64,000 nt of DNA from Raillietiella orientalis (Eukaryota), in contig JAYWIR010000033.1 of the NCBI GenBank assembly GCA_036172245.1, positions 1,922,001-1,986,000 of the forward strand, given 5' to 3'. The translations under genes were made by a program, and so were the position numbers. Below, one piece after another: positions 11,891 through 23,700 of this stretch. Below the pieces are notes generated by a model. That model made no database searches. It was given only the letters and a program-made list of their open reading frames with translations, and was not told the origin of the DNA. Numbering within the stretch: the first letter of the stretch is position 1; the number at the start of each line of letters is the position of its first letter.

Positions 11891-14319
11891 CTAACCGATG
11901 ACGGACGAGTTGCCATGACGTGGTTCCCCAAGCGGTTCACCACAGGAACATTTGCTTGTACTTTTATTTTCAAATAAATGGCCCGAAAAATCCGGGTGAC
12001 AAACCTTATCACCTTAGGGCAAACATGAAATCAGAATTGCTGTCACAGTTGCGACATTCCATCAAAGAGACCAGCTTGATCGCCATGGGAACTGTGGACC
12101 TATTAAACCTTTGAGTGCCATAGGCGCATAGAGGCAGCCCACGAAAACTATCAGCGTGCGCTGTGGACGCATCTCTGCTTTCAGCAAATGCTTTCATTTT
12201 GTACACGCGACACAAGTTAACACTGCCAATGTTTGGGATGGAGCACGTACACTGATGTTCTTATGATCCCCTTGGCAACGACAGTCAGCAAAATTCAGTT
12301 TACACCGACTAGATGTTTCAGAGAGTTGCTTTTCTGAAAAAACAGCCTGTCATGTTATAGTTGTGCCGTATGTAATTATACAAGAGAAAATGGAAACATT
12401 TTGCTTAGCGTGGTGTAAATATACAATTATAGCAGTAACTGTAATCATCGCCGTACAAAGTCAATCGGTACCTCGATGGAGCACTCGGTACGCGAAAATA
12501 AGAGGTCAGAGGTCGCAACTGCGACCCGCGTGCCGCCAACACAGAACGTTTCCACCTGATGAGCTCCGCACACCCGAAAGGTCAAACGTCTTTGTGTGGG
12601 GAAAAAAAAGCTTCAGAGATGTGATCGTGCCGACTGATCCAATATATTGGAGCATCTGAAGTTCTGAAGTGGGAGATCACCGAATGGAATCGAAAAGCTT
12701 TATCGAAAAAACTTTCCATCATGAGGGAAATGAAGGGTGCATTTGCTCTCTGCTTCAGTGCCGTCCTCCTAGGAGACATCCCGATTTAACAGAATTGCCC
12801 TGAGCTCCGTGCTCCACTCTTTTCCACAGGTATGCTTTCAATCTGCTTTGGAGTGAATCTCTTGGCAGTGATTCAGCCGACTCTGATTACGTTGGAGCTC
12901 GCATCCATAGCAACATACGAGTAAGCAGTAAAGAAAAACCACCGAATTCCACAGTCCACGGAATCGGTTTTGGCACAACAACGAAGGGTATGATGTGGCA
13001 GCCATTCGGTCTTTTTCTGACTGCCTTAGCTGTTGGTTCATCATCCACAGAAGTGGTGGCAAAATCAAGATGCGTGCGCGCCAAAAATCCACGGATAATA
13101 GCCATCCGGATGCTGGGTGTTTCAAATAGGAGGAAAGAATCACAGGAAGCTCATCATCGCAGAATTGCCATTGAGCGATTTAAAAGCTAAGATAAAGTAA
13201 TCCAAAGTTAACATAAGCAATTTCGAAAGGACGCGGAACTTGGCATGCGTGTTTGAATAAGTGATGGGATTTTTGCTGTTGCACCTTTGGTACCACCTGG
13301 TCAGGTCAAAGTTGTTCCTGTGGTTCGTTTCGTTTTACTTATTGACGTAACAGAAAAAAAAATTTCGCGCGCGCCACTTCTGGCACGCATGCCACAGGTT
13401 CGCTTCCACCGATTCCGCAGCATCCTTAGAAGCTCGTCTACAGTATCCTTTCCGGACGGGAAAACAAAAAAAAAAAAAAAACTTCGTGTGTTTGGTCTGC
13501 GAAGACTTCGTTGCACGTGCCCTATATGGCCGAAAGGAAACGAAAATTCAGTCTCGAAAAGTTACCGTCAGAGTCTTTGCTACGAATCCTCGTGAGCGGA
13601 AACGAAATTTCCTTCTTCCTCGGAGGTGGTTTTGGCGGGAGACCACTGCGTGGCAAATCGATGCGTTTATAAAGGAAGAAGAAAGAAACAGCTGAGCGGA
13701 TTCGAAGAGATTTCGGCAAAGAGAACTCGGTGGTGGTCCTCAACTTTTCAGTCACTTTTCAGTGCGGGTGAGTTCAGCGCAGACTTCGTATAAATGGCAT
13801 TTATTTGCTGAATTCTTGAAAGCTCCCTGGAAAATCCTAAGCGATCACAAAATAACGCTAAAATAAGGCAATCTCAAAATAAATAAAATGAAATCCCAAT
13901 TAGGATTCCCGTGTTCGTTTATGTGCTAAAATTTGCGGCGTTTCATTCTTCCCATTACACTTTGGGTTATCCATTCTGGTTCGTACCTCCTTGGGATGCC
14001 TTTCCCACTATCTGCATTTCTATTGAAGCCAAAATAAGGAGTGCTTTCATGAAAAATTTAAGCTCGAATCTCCTGAACTCAAGGAAAGCGGACTTATCAT
14101 CCTGTCAAGGGTGTTCTCCCTCCAGTGGCAAAGAACAGTGGGTTAAGTAAATAGCCACAGAAGCATTCCTCACTGTTTAAGCAGTCGCTCTGCTTGTTGA
14201 AGACCTTCCGTTTGTTCGTCCACCTTTTCCATTCTTCAGCAAGAATTCACTTTGAAACCTGAATGCTATTAAAACCAAAGTTCATAATGTGATCTGATAG
14301 ACAGTCCCCGTTCAGCACA

Positions 14320-15466
14320 GATGCACAGATTACAACGCGGATGGTTGACACTGCTAAGAGAACACACATATATAAGAGATGCAGATTGGCGATTCATACA
14401 TAGAGATAGGTTAAATCAGCTACCACTGAATGGAAGTAGGCAGCGTGCTGGATTCAATGAACAGTGTAGGGGATGCCATTTTCCTCGAGAGACTTCAGCT
14501 CATGTTCTTTGCCATTGCCCCCCCCCCCATTTAGGTACTTCCATTTCTGCAAGACATGACTCCATCCTAACCCTTCTTGAAGATGCCCTTCTTCCACCAT
14601 GTCCGATCGCCAACAGTGATCAGAGAGTTCTTGACTCATCCTAAGACCTGATCTTTTCCTTCGTGACCAGACGCACGCCATCACCATCGACTTCGTGTTC
14701 CCCTTCGAAAGTCGTATCTCTTCCCTAAAGCGTGCGTGAGAGGCAAGACAAACCAAACAGAAACAGTTATCCAGCTTCCTCCAGTCCCAAGACCTCCAAG
14801 TTTCCAACGACGCACGAGTTGTCGGAGCACTTGGCACTTGGGATCCCCTTTATGACGCAGCGCTCCGTTTAGCCGGTCTATCCCCAAATGTCCTGAAACC
14901 TCTGTCATCGATGATCGTTGTCCAAGCAATCCAAGGCTTCAGGGACATCTATATGGACCACATTTCCACCTATCCCAACGCCCTTCCTGCTGATACGCCA
15001 AACCTAGTGCGAACTTCCTCAGTGCCCCTATCCCTCTCTCAACATTTCAACCCACCCGATCCCTCCCAACAGTGTCCCTCTACCCTTAGTGACCCATGTG
15101 CAACATCCCCGAATAAGGAAAATTTCAACTCCCCCCTCCGGGAGGACGCATGGCAATTCTCTCAACCCTTTGAACAATCATCAGCTTTCACTCCTTTATA
15201 TTCTGATGAGCAAATTGTATTGTTTTCAGATTGCCTCAGTGTTTAACAGTGTGTTCAAACTAGCCACATCACTTTGAACTTGAATTGTGTAGCTTTATAA
15301 CGCCTTAATTTCCCGAATGTTTTCTTTGTGAAAGAATTTGTCATCACTGTGTATACCATCATCATAATCTTGTACAATCCGTGAAAATCCCCTTAGCTAA
15401 GGGAAACTTGTATTCTAATGAAGACATAAAAATTTCTGCTCTTAAAGAAAGAAAAAAAATAAAAAA
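14320..15466 (+). mobile_element. 5'-truncated RLE-type non-LTR retrotransposon, NeSL/Utopia-like; CCHC finger, RLE domain, 3' UTR and A-rich tail
   Basis: DWRFIHRDRLNQLPLNG, CRGC....ETSAHVLCHC, RHDSIL, LRPD, IDFVFPFE, VVGALGTWDP, RDIYMDH. One frameshift (~14640) and one TGA (14737). Stop at 15246, A-rich tail 15444-15466. Confidence 0.9.
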
Positions 15467-17515
15467 TACAAATTTAGTCGATCAGAATGTACCATGGTAG
15501 CAAAATCGGCGCAACACGTTTGTTTAACGGACTGTGTGCTTCCATGGTGATGTGTGCAACTAGGTGTTATGTTTCATTTGAATTGAAATCGTACTCTCAT
15601 GTTTGTACTACGAAAGAACTCAAGTGCAAACCTTCCTTCTTTAATACTGAATAAAAATACTTTTTTATTTTTACTTTCTACATAGTAGAACTGAAAAAAT
15701 GCTGTGTCAAGGTCATACTTATTTTCATGAGGAAATGAGGAGGTTATGAAAGCCTACTGCAGCAAGGTGACACTTAATTTTCTCGTCTCTTTGTTTTCAC
15801 CTTTCCAAACATTATCAGTTGTATTTACAGCTCAACTTCAATCCCTTAAAAGCACACAAATGTTTTTTTTCTCCCGATACTTCGTGTCCCTTCTTTATGA
15901 AACAAAATGAGTCCTCTCAGGCAAGTATTATTCAAAACACCTTAGGTCGAAATTTTATCATCATATCTATGTGATTTTCTCCGTGTTTACTGTTTTCTCA
16001 GTTTCAACACCTTCAATAAATTAAGCATTTTCAATGATTTTCTCATTAATAAAACATTTCAGAAAATCCATGCCCTGTAAATGCAAGTAATAATAAAAGA
16101 AATTTCAAGCCTGTGCCCTCATTTTGTAATGATTTCTGAAACGGATACTCCTTTGAATAAAAAAAGCAAAAGAGCCCAGGTATTCTTTTGCCTTCATGTG
16201 GCAGTTACAAAGAATTATTGTTTTTTATTTCTTGCTTATAATTCTCGAATCTCATCATAGAGATCGATCTTTTCGATTTCTAAGACTCGTTCTATGGATG
16301 GTGGCTGTTTTATAATTTAATTTCTCCTCATTATCTATGAGTTAAATACATTATCTTGCAGTTTTCAATGTTAAGATTTTTAATTTCAATATTAAACCAA
16401 TATTCAAATCGCTTGAAAAAGAGAAAATTTTTTTAGGAACTTGATGGATCAGGAATAAATACTGCAATAGCTTTATATGAAACTCATCGGAGTATCATGC
16501 AATTTTTCAAACGAAAGAATACATTATATATTTGATGGCATTCAGTTTTGTTGCCAAATAAAATTAAAACGCGTGAAGTTCCTCAAGGCAAAAGTTCTTC
16601 CTCAAGGCAGGCCCAGAATAAACCTTTTCGAGTTTGTGCTGATTCTAGTCGTGCTTTCAAAGCTGTGGAATTCCGAAACTTTTCATAGATAATTTTGAGA
16701 TAATTCTTAGTTGTAATTACTTCATTGTACGACAACTTCAGAAGTTACGACAAACAAACCAGCAAAATATAAGTACGAAATTGCAGAAACGAACGAAATC
16801 TCCAAATTAGCTGGCTGTTGTGAACCCAATGATTATAAAAAAAATACTTTCATAAGTCGTCGTGATATAAAAACAAAAAGAAATGTAGTCGCCATAGTTT
16901 ACAACGATGATTGATTGCATTGAAAGATGTGTTCCCAGTGGGAATTTTCGCAACGTCTTATGAATGGGAAATATTCCTTCCAAAGAATACAAATCGAATG
17001 CTGGGAATTCCAGACTGATGAAATTTTATAATTTTTTACTCAATTAAAACAGGATTTAGATTAAGGTCATCATTTGATTTGGCAAGCCATATAATCAAGA
17101 TACCAGCCTCTTTCATATGCGTATTCCAAAACTAACTTCACAAGACAGTTCACAAAATAGCATTACGTATTTTATTCGTAAAGACGTTATTCTACACCGC
17201 TGTAAATAGAATGATTTTCTTCAACCAATTTTGTAGATGTTTCTTTCTTTGAAAACTTGGCAGTTCCGCTATCTGCAGTTCATATCCGCAACTTTGATGG
17301 GACTCCTGCAAAATTTCATAAGTAACTGCTAGATAATTCTCAATTTTTCAAAACGAATTTTCGTAAACAGAATACGATAGTGTGCATTTAATGAGATGTA
17401 TAGGTAGCTTTTTATGTAATTTTTTCGAATATCCTGATTGGAGAGTATATGGCCCTGCAGAATTAACTGTTTTAATTTGTGATGTAGTTATGAATTGAAT
17501 TCTTTTACTGTAAAT

Positions 17516-17571
17516 ATGCTCAAGAGAATCTGCCTCAATTCGAGAGCTTTTCCCCAAAAGCTTTTGTCACA
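17516..17571 (+). CDS. NDUFS4: NDUFS4 coding exon 1 (basic, acid-free mitochondrial targeting peptide)
   Basis: ATG at 17516, [18 protein letters not shown] plus CA, donor GTAAGT at 17572. Phase 2 matches the next exon (CA+A = Gln). Confidence 0.85.
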
Positions 17572-20500
17572 GTAAGTTTTGGCGTTTTTCTTAAATTTTC
17601 TTAAGTAGATGTCGTTTCCCCTTATGTTCTGTTGAGGGAAACTAATGTTTGTATATTCTTATAATATTCTCTTTATAGACCTTTCTTTTCGTCCATAATA
17701 CGGTATGAAAGTGAACAGAATGATTCGCGAGGAGTTTCTGCACCAAAGGATTTGCAATCACTGATTTCAGATGATGAAAAGTTGAGAAAAGAGTTGCATG
17801 GATACATTACTGTAGAAGGCCCTGTGGGTAATTTCTTTTTACGTACTATTGTCTTCAAAGTTTTTAATCGATGTGTATTGATGTTTGAATTAAAATTCAC
17901 ATGTTTAATTAAATCCTTTAGTGCAACATACATTTAGAATATTCTTCTTAGAAAATAATCGATCATAATGAACATGTAGTGGCGTGTAGTTTTTTAGTAA
18001 GTACTTTTGCATTACAATGTTTACAGTTTTTCACTTGACGAATAGTTCTTGGAAACCCATTATCATTCAATCTGTGATATGTGTAGATATTGTACCAAAC
18101 TTTGGTATGTGCTCAACATAAATAGCATTAAAGCAAAATCTGATCTCATCTGGGATAAATAAATAATTTTTCAATTTGTTTAGACTTTTCCTTTCAAAGT
18201 TTTAAACAAAAAAGTGTGATTGGGTTTAGTGCTTTTGTATATTTCTGTATTCCAGGTATGATGCATTAATGATTGTTTCTTTGGAAAGCATGATTTTAAA
18301 TTTATTAGGATCTGCCTTCAGAATATAAGCAATAGTTCGAAGCCTTAGCTGGCCATGCTTAAACTTTATATGGTATGCTGCTTATTTGCTATATGGTTTT
18401 GTTACAGGAATGTAACAGGTTTCAAGCTTTATGTTTACGTTGTAACTTTGATGTATCCTTATTATCATCATATGTATTCTATACATTTTAAAGTTTTATT
18501 AACAGCTTTGAGAGAATATTTTGATAGTATTTTGTCAGTTAAAAAGCATTTGAGATGAGAATTTTAAAAGATATAAACAAGCTAATATATGTAAGCCAGC
18601 TTACATTTGTGTATTATATCATGAAGTTATTTTGCACTTGAAATCAAAGAATCTTTCAAACTAAAGATCTAGAATTTTGAAGGGATGAATGAAAGAAGAG
18701 CAGCTCATTTCTGTGCTCATGAACTATTAAACAGATGAAACAAACTGCACTGAATGAATTTGCAGCATTAACAGCAAATCATAGTTTAATTGAATTCAAC
18801 TTGTGTGTGGAGTTTCAGAGGAATTTAGTAGATGCTCAAAGACTAATCTGATCAATTATAACTCAGTGTTCTCACTTGGCACTGCTTTTGATGTAACTCT
18901 ATTGCTGTGTCAATTTTTATTGGATTTCAAAAGTAATAATAGCTTTGAATACGGAAAAGTAAAAGGAAATGAGGAAGTATTTTGTAAATTGAAATCCAAG
19001 AAGGAAAGGACTGTTCTTGTGATCGAAATTTTGGGCTCACAAATTCACAGCAAGAAATAATATGAGTGTATCAAAATGTAGACGACCAGATATGACAGCA
19101 TTAATAAAAAAAAAAAGTTATAAGCAGTTTGCTCAGGGATCTGTGGTACAATATGGTAGAAAGTACTGACAAATAAGAGTCGATACATTATAATGATATC
19201 AAACAGTCTTTAATTTAGAAGGAAAATTGTTGCTTTTGTGTTATTTAAATAAATTTATCTAGTAAATTGTAAACTATAAGACATCATGAAAGACAGCAAC
19301 AATTTGAGAAGAAAGTATTCAGTTTGTCTTGCTAAAGGATGCTAAGAGATGTTATTTCTACGAATGTACAGTTGAGGAAAAATAGTATTTAAGCTGAAAA
19401 GAAGCTTACCAAATATGAATTCAGAGAATTATTCTTTTCTAGAATAAAAATTAGAAATCAAATTATTGTTGAACATAAAAATGATATGTATTTCATTGAG
19501 ATTAAAGTCAAAGTTACAATATTTGTTTACATATTATACTAAGGTCACCCTAAGTCCATTATGATCCTGGGAATATTTCCAACTTAGCTGAATTCCCAAG
19601 TGATTCAGTTGCATTTGATTGGTTATTGGCATTTGGGGTTTACTCTCTAACGTGTATTATTTAATCTTTTATGATCTAATGTTGCTTAATTTGAGTACTA
19701 TTTGATTGACATGCTTAAATGTTCAAGTTTCACAGTATAAACACTGTTTTAAATAGCTAATTTGCATATAAGGTAAAAAGACTCGAATTTAAAGTTGCTG
19801 TTATCAGTTTGAAGTTAGATAATCTTCTATGTTTTGAATAAATGGTAATTTAAAGGCTGAAAGAAACTGCAAATTTTAAGAAATCAATTTTCAAATGAAA
19901 GCTGTGAAAACTCAGTATATTTACAAATTACACTTTCTTTGTATTGTAACTAAAGTACACCCAAGTTTACTATTTATAATATTGTACCTTATTAATGTTG
20001 TGTCACCAGATAATTGATTGTATATTTTGAAAATGGTTTATGAAATGAGGATAAAAGCAAAGTGTGGAATTTGGAATTCAATCTTTGTGTAGAATTTTAG
20101 AGGAATGCTTTGAATTGGATACATTCAGAGCATAAGTTTCTGTAAGCATTTCTATGGTTGCTTGATGTGTGTTTGTTGAAGAAACAAGGAAACAAGGAAA
20201 GATTTTTGCATGGCTGTTAATTTTACAGAGTTTTTCTTATCGTATTTTTGTATTATTTTTTCCAGTTTTTTTATTCCCTTGAATGTTTTTACTTGTTCAT
20301 TACGTAAATTTGAGTGTGGTGCCTGTAGTTTGTGATCTTCTAAAGCATTCTTTTCATTTTATCGAAAACATTGGAAAGTATCTGGATGTAAATCATGCTT
20401 TTTGACTTGGAAAAGAAAATTGAGCTTCAGAGTGTGATAGCAGTTACCGTTTCTTTGATTCTGATATATTCTCAGTTTGCTGTTAAAAGGAAGGAAAAAA

Positions 20501-21870
20501 AACTGGGAGTAATTTTGGAAAGGTTTGCTATTTTATAAAATGGCATATTAGGCATAATATCTTAGCGTAACAAGCATAGAATAATCTGTGAAAAGATAAG
20601 GAAGAATAATTTATGATAAACAGTTTTCCATGTTGAGATGGACTAATGGCTGGTCAATTTATTAAGTGATTTTGAAATAGGATTCATCATTTTTGTTGTA
20701 GAATGACATCACTATATCTGGGTAAAATATTTTCACTATATCAAGCCATATATAATTAAATTTCCACGATCCAGTTGATAGAATACCAAGAAAAAAAATA
20801 TCTGACACATTATTTGTTCCTCCATATCAGTTCAGTTATCTGAATTGTCCCAGAAAGATGCATCTGCCTAGGAATCAGAAGGATAATTTGATGTAGCTTA
20901 TCCAATCATTTATTCTTTTGAGATGTGTCCCAATAATCTGATGTTGAAGATTTGATTTTCATTAGGCGATGCTAAAATATAACTTGGTGAGGATCAAATC
21001 TCTAGAGTGTGCTTTTGTCTGCTACCTTTCCTTGTTATAATGGTTGTGCTAATTGTTCAGTCATGCATTATCGGTTCAGAAATCAGGTGATTTTGGCAAA
21101 AGCTCCTGCAACACTAAAAAATAGGATAATGCTGCTATTCTAGGTAAAGCACGAAATCCTAATGAATTAAATGATTCAGATTTCGTTTTCGGGATACGCC
21201 GAGATGTTCAGGCATGTTGTGTTTTGAAAGCTGAAGCAAAATGCTGAACTAAGGAGCAAGGTGCACATATGCATCTGTCCCTTGATCTTGCTTTGCATAT
21301 CTGTTGTGATCTCATGTGTTGCATCTTATGGTTTTGTATTAAGTTGTGACGCAGTAAATATTTAACGAAAGCAGTTTCTTTCTCTTCACAGCTTCTTCAT
21401 TGCTAATGTTCTTGAGGTGTCAAGTGTTTAACTCTCCCTTTTTTTATTTTTTCTTATTTTATGCTTAGGTAAAGGTACATCAGCTCACAGGAGTGCCTGA
21501 CGAACACATTTACACAAGACGTGTAAGGATTTATGTTCCTGCAAGAAATGCAATGCAAGCGGCTACCCACAGCACTCATCTTTGGCAGATGGAATTCGAT
21601 AATCGCCAGCGATGGGAAAATCCTCTAATGGGATGGTGTTCTTCGTAAGTTTTCGAATGGGCCGAGCAACCCAAGTAGGAAACATGTTTTAGGGGAGATC
21701 CACTCTCCAATATGCAAATTAATTTCCGTACTAAAGAAGAAGCTATAGAATTTTGCGAGAAAAATGGTTGGGATTGGTTTGTTGAAGAGAAGCATGAAGT
21801 GAAGCCTATTAGAAAATCGTACGGAGACAATTTTTCCTGGAACAAAAGAACTAGGACGTCCACAAAGTAG
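17516..21870 (+). CDS. NDUFS4: NADH dehydrogenase [ubiquinone] iron-sulfur protein 4, mitochondrial; 4 coding exons join(17516..17571,17679..17823,21469..21644,21693..21870), 184 aa
   Basis: Spliced translation: [184 protein letters not shown]. It carries the family hallmarks [14 protein letters not shown] and NFSWNKRTR. All three introns are GT-AG and phase-compatible (2, 0, 2). Confidence 0.97.
17679..17823 (+). CDS. NDUFS4: NDUFS4 coding exon 2
   Basis: Pyrimidine tract and TAG acceptor ending 17678. Open frame ends [11 protein letters not shown], resembling the segment before GVPxEH in insect orthologues. Donor GTGGGT at 17824. Confidence 0.88.
21469..21644 (+). CDS. NDUFS4: NDUFS4 coding exon 3
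   Basis: Long T-tract and TAG acceptor ending 21468; GVPDEH...[11 protein letters not shown]; donor GTAAGT at 21645. Confidence 0.97.
21693..21870 (+). CDS. NDUFS4: NDUFS4 coding exon 4 (terminal)
   Basis: Follows a 48-nt GT-AG intron; GDPLSN...[13 protein letters not shown] then TAG. Confidence 0.97.
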
Positions 21871-21932
21871 CAGCTGAAGTTTATTTAACCCGTACAGGAT
21901 CATCATGGCGTTTCCTGCCCATTTTCGTAATG

Positions 21933-21938
21933 ATTAAA
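21933..21938 (+). promoter_or_regulatory. Possible NDUFS4 polyadenylation signal (ATTAAA)
   Basis: Common variant hexamer about 60 nt after the stop codon, followed by GT-containing sequence. No transcript evidence. Confidence 0.4.
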
Positions 21939-22608
21939 TGTGTGGCACGTATTGCGGTGATTCTGAACTTAAAGGCACCGATGATTTTCAAGTTTTGAAA
22001 TGTCCGAGCACTAGGGAGGGAGACACGAGTGAGAGAGAAAAGTGGACGAGGAGCATGAAACTTGAAGAGTGTGAGTGAATCGTTTGCCAGGGTTCATGGA
22101 TGGTGGATTATTTGAAATCATGCCCAGTGCAAGATAAAGGTCACATAGGTTGTTTTGCAAGACTTGGGTATTAAGGGGTTGCAAACCAGACCCCCTTTCA
22201 GAATTTTCTTGACAGATGATAATTTTTTCCATGTAAAGTTTCTGCAAAGGCATAAGTGAAAAAGATGTCCATTTACTGGGCGTGTTCCACCGATTTTCTT
22301 CGGATTCCATAAACACCCCTGACCTTCACGAACCAAACACTTGGAGGCAACATTGCCTGAGGCCTTTGACAGAAACACCCTTAAGATTAATGTGTAAGCT
22401 AAAACGAGTGCAACCAGGGAAGGTACTATTTTTTGCTGTCCTCTGCATATTTTGATGAATTGCCTGCAGTAGCTAAAATATCATATAAAGAAATCCAGGA
22501 GCTATTCGTTTCAGATAACTGCATTTTGGGTGTGCCCGTAGCCCGAAAGTCCACACCCAAAATTTCAAGTAATACGTGGTCAGGTAATGGTTTTAATAAC
22601 TCATTGAA

Positions 22609-22738
22609 CACGTTCACGCCTGAATGTACCACCGGTGGTACAAGTATAGCTGCCTCATCGGCACTAATAATATGATGAAAAAATCTGTAAATAACTGAGC
22701 TGCCGAGACATATGAATTATGGTCCCGGCGTGAACGTG
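22609..22738. mobile_element. 130-bp piggyBac-type MITE
   Basis: Perfect 12-bp terminal inverted repeats CACGTTCACGCC (22609-22620) and GGCGTGAACGTG (22727-22738). Flanks TGAA and CTAA are each one change from TTAA. Subterminal 18-bp palindrome TGTACCACCGGTGGTACA at 22625-22642. Confidence 0.7.
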
Positions 22739-22862
22739 CTAAACCCACGTTGTGCATGTGTGGGTTTGAAATTTCAAGAGGACGGTTCTGTGATCTCACC
22801 GACAAAAAAAATCAAATGTGTGCAAACGCACTTCAGTGGACAGGGAAAGCTGTCAACTGCTG

Positions 22863-22919
22863 AATCTTTCCATGGTGGAAATCTTTCCATTCTTCCACCG
22901 TGGAAATCTTTCCATGGTG
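22863..22919. repeat. Complex micro-duplication (three AATCTTTCCAT units with an inverted linker)
   Basis: Units at 22863, 22880 and 22905. Linker TTCCACC (22893-22899) is the reverse complement of GGTGGAA (22874-22880). Confidence 0.9.
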
Positions 22920-23149
22920 AAACATTGGCCAATGGAGAGTTATTTCAGATATTCGTGGATAGCACTTTTCGTTAGCTCGAATCCGTTGTTAACTCTTGAA
23001 GGATTACTTTTTTTTCGTATTTCACCTCCAGAAAATAGTGTTCTCAGCCACACGTAGTGTACTCCGTGAGCTTCGAAGAAGTAAACGTTTTCGAGAGATC
23101 ATTGGAATGTAGATACACAGCAAAGGAGATTGCTCACGTGAGTTTCAGC

Positions 23150-23700
23150 GGCCTGCCCTTTTCCCCCTGGCAGACGAATCACCCCTCGAAGGAAGTCCGA
23201 CTGGTCGGATTTCCGCAAGAAGGTCTTCTGGACGTGGAAGAACGCGGATCCGGGAAGTCCGCATCCACCGACACCAAATGGAGAAAACCGACTTGGTGTT
23301 CCTCCCGTTGCCGGAACGTTTGTGGCCCTCCACGAAGGCGTCTTTGCCTTTAGGTGTCCTGCAGGACGTCCTTCCATTCTGCGGTTACCACAACAGCGCG
23401 GTCTGCAGTCCCAGAAGCTGGCTTCCATAGGTCCACAGGGCGCCCCATCTTCACTTCCTTCACGCGACCTCCTCTTTTGGTCTTCCGGGAACCTGCACAC
23501 GATCCCATTCCGAGCCCATTTTTCATGATCAAAGGCCTCCTGTCATTCCTCACCATGCTCTTCTTTGCTCCAACCTCCTCCTCATCCGCCTCACAAGAAA
23601 ACTTGAAAATCTCGAATCCAGCCACCCCTCCTACCCATGCCCAGCCTGGCCGGTGCTTGCCCTGAACCCACGCGACCCTGTCCTCGGTGTGAGAGCTGGG
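23150..23700 (-). mobile_element. Possible decayed Tx1-like ORF1 (gag-like) remnant
   Basis: GRVKEVKMG...SGTADRAVVV followed by FVEGH and a degenerate knuckle-like FRQREEH. Pattern resemblance only. Confidence 0.3.

Noticed and set aside
12510..12585. Hammerhead-like core CTGATGAG...CGAAA
   Set aside because: Stem II does not pair and there is no correctly placed UH cleavage site.
16200..17400. Possible divergent minus-strand gene upstream of NDUFS4
   Set aside because: Short exon-like frames (e.g. PPSIERVLEIEKIDLYDEIREL) exist, but I could not assemble a consistent spliced ORF or recognise a product.
21969..21990. TTAA-AGG start resembling a Kolobok/piggyBac-type end (similar at 31700)
   Set aside because: No inverted partner terminus found.
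22100..22600. Possible Polinton polB trace on the - strand (TAGNSSKYA, VKVRG)
   Set aside because: Motif spacing is wrong and no DTDS catalytic motif is visible.
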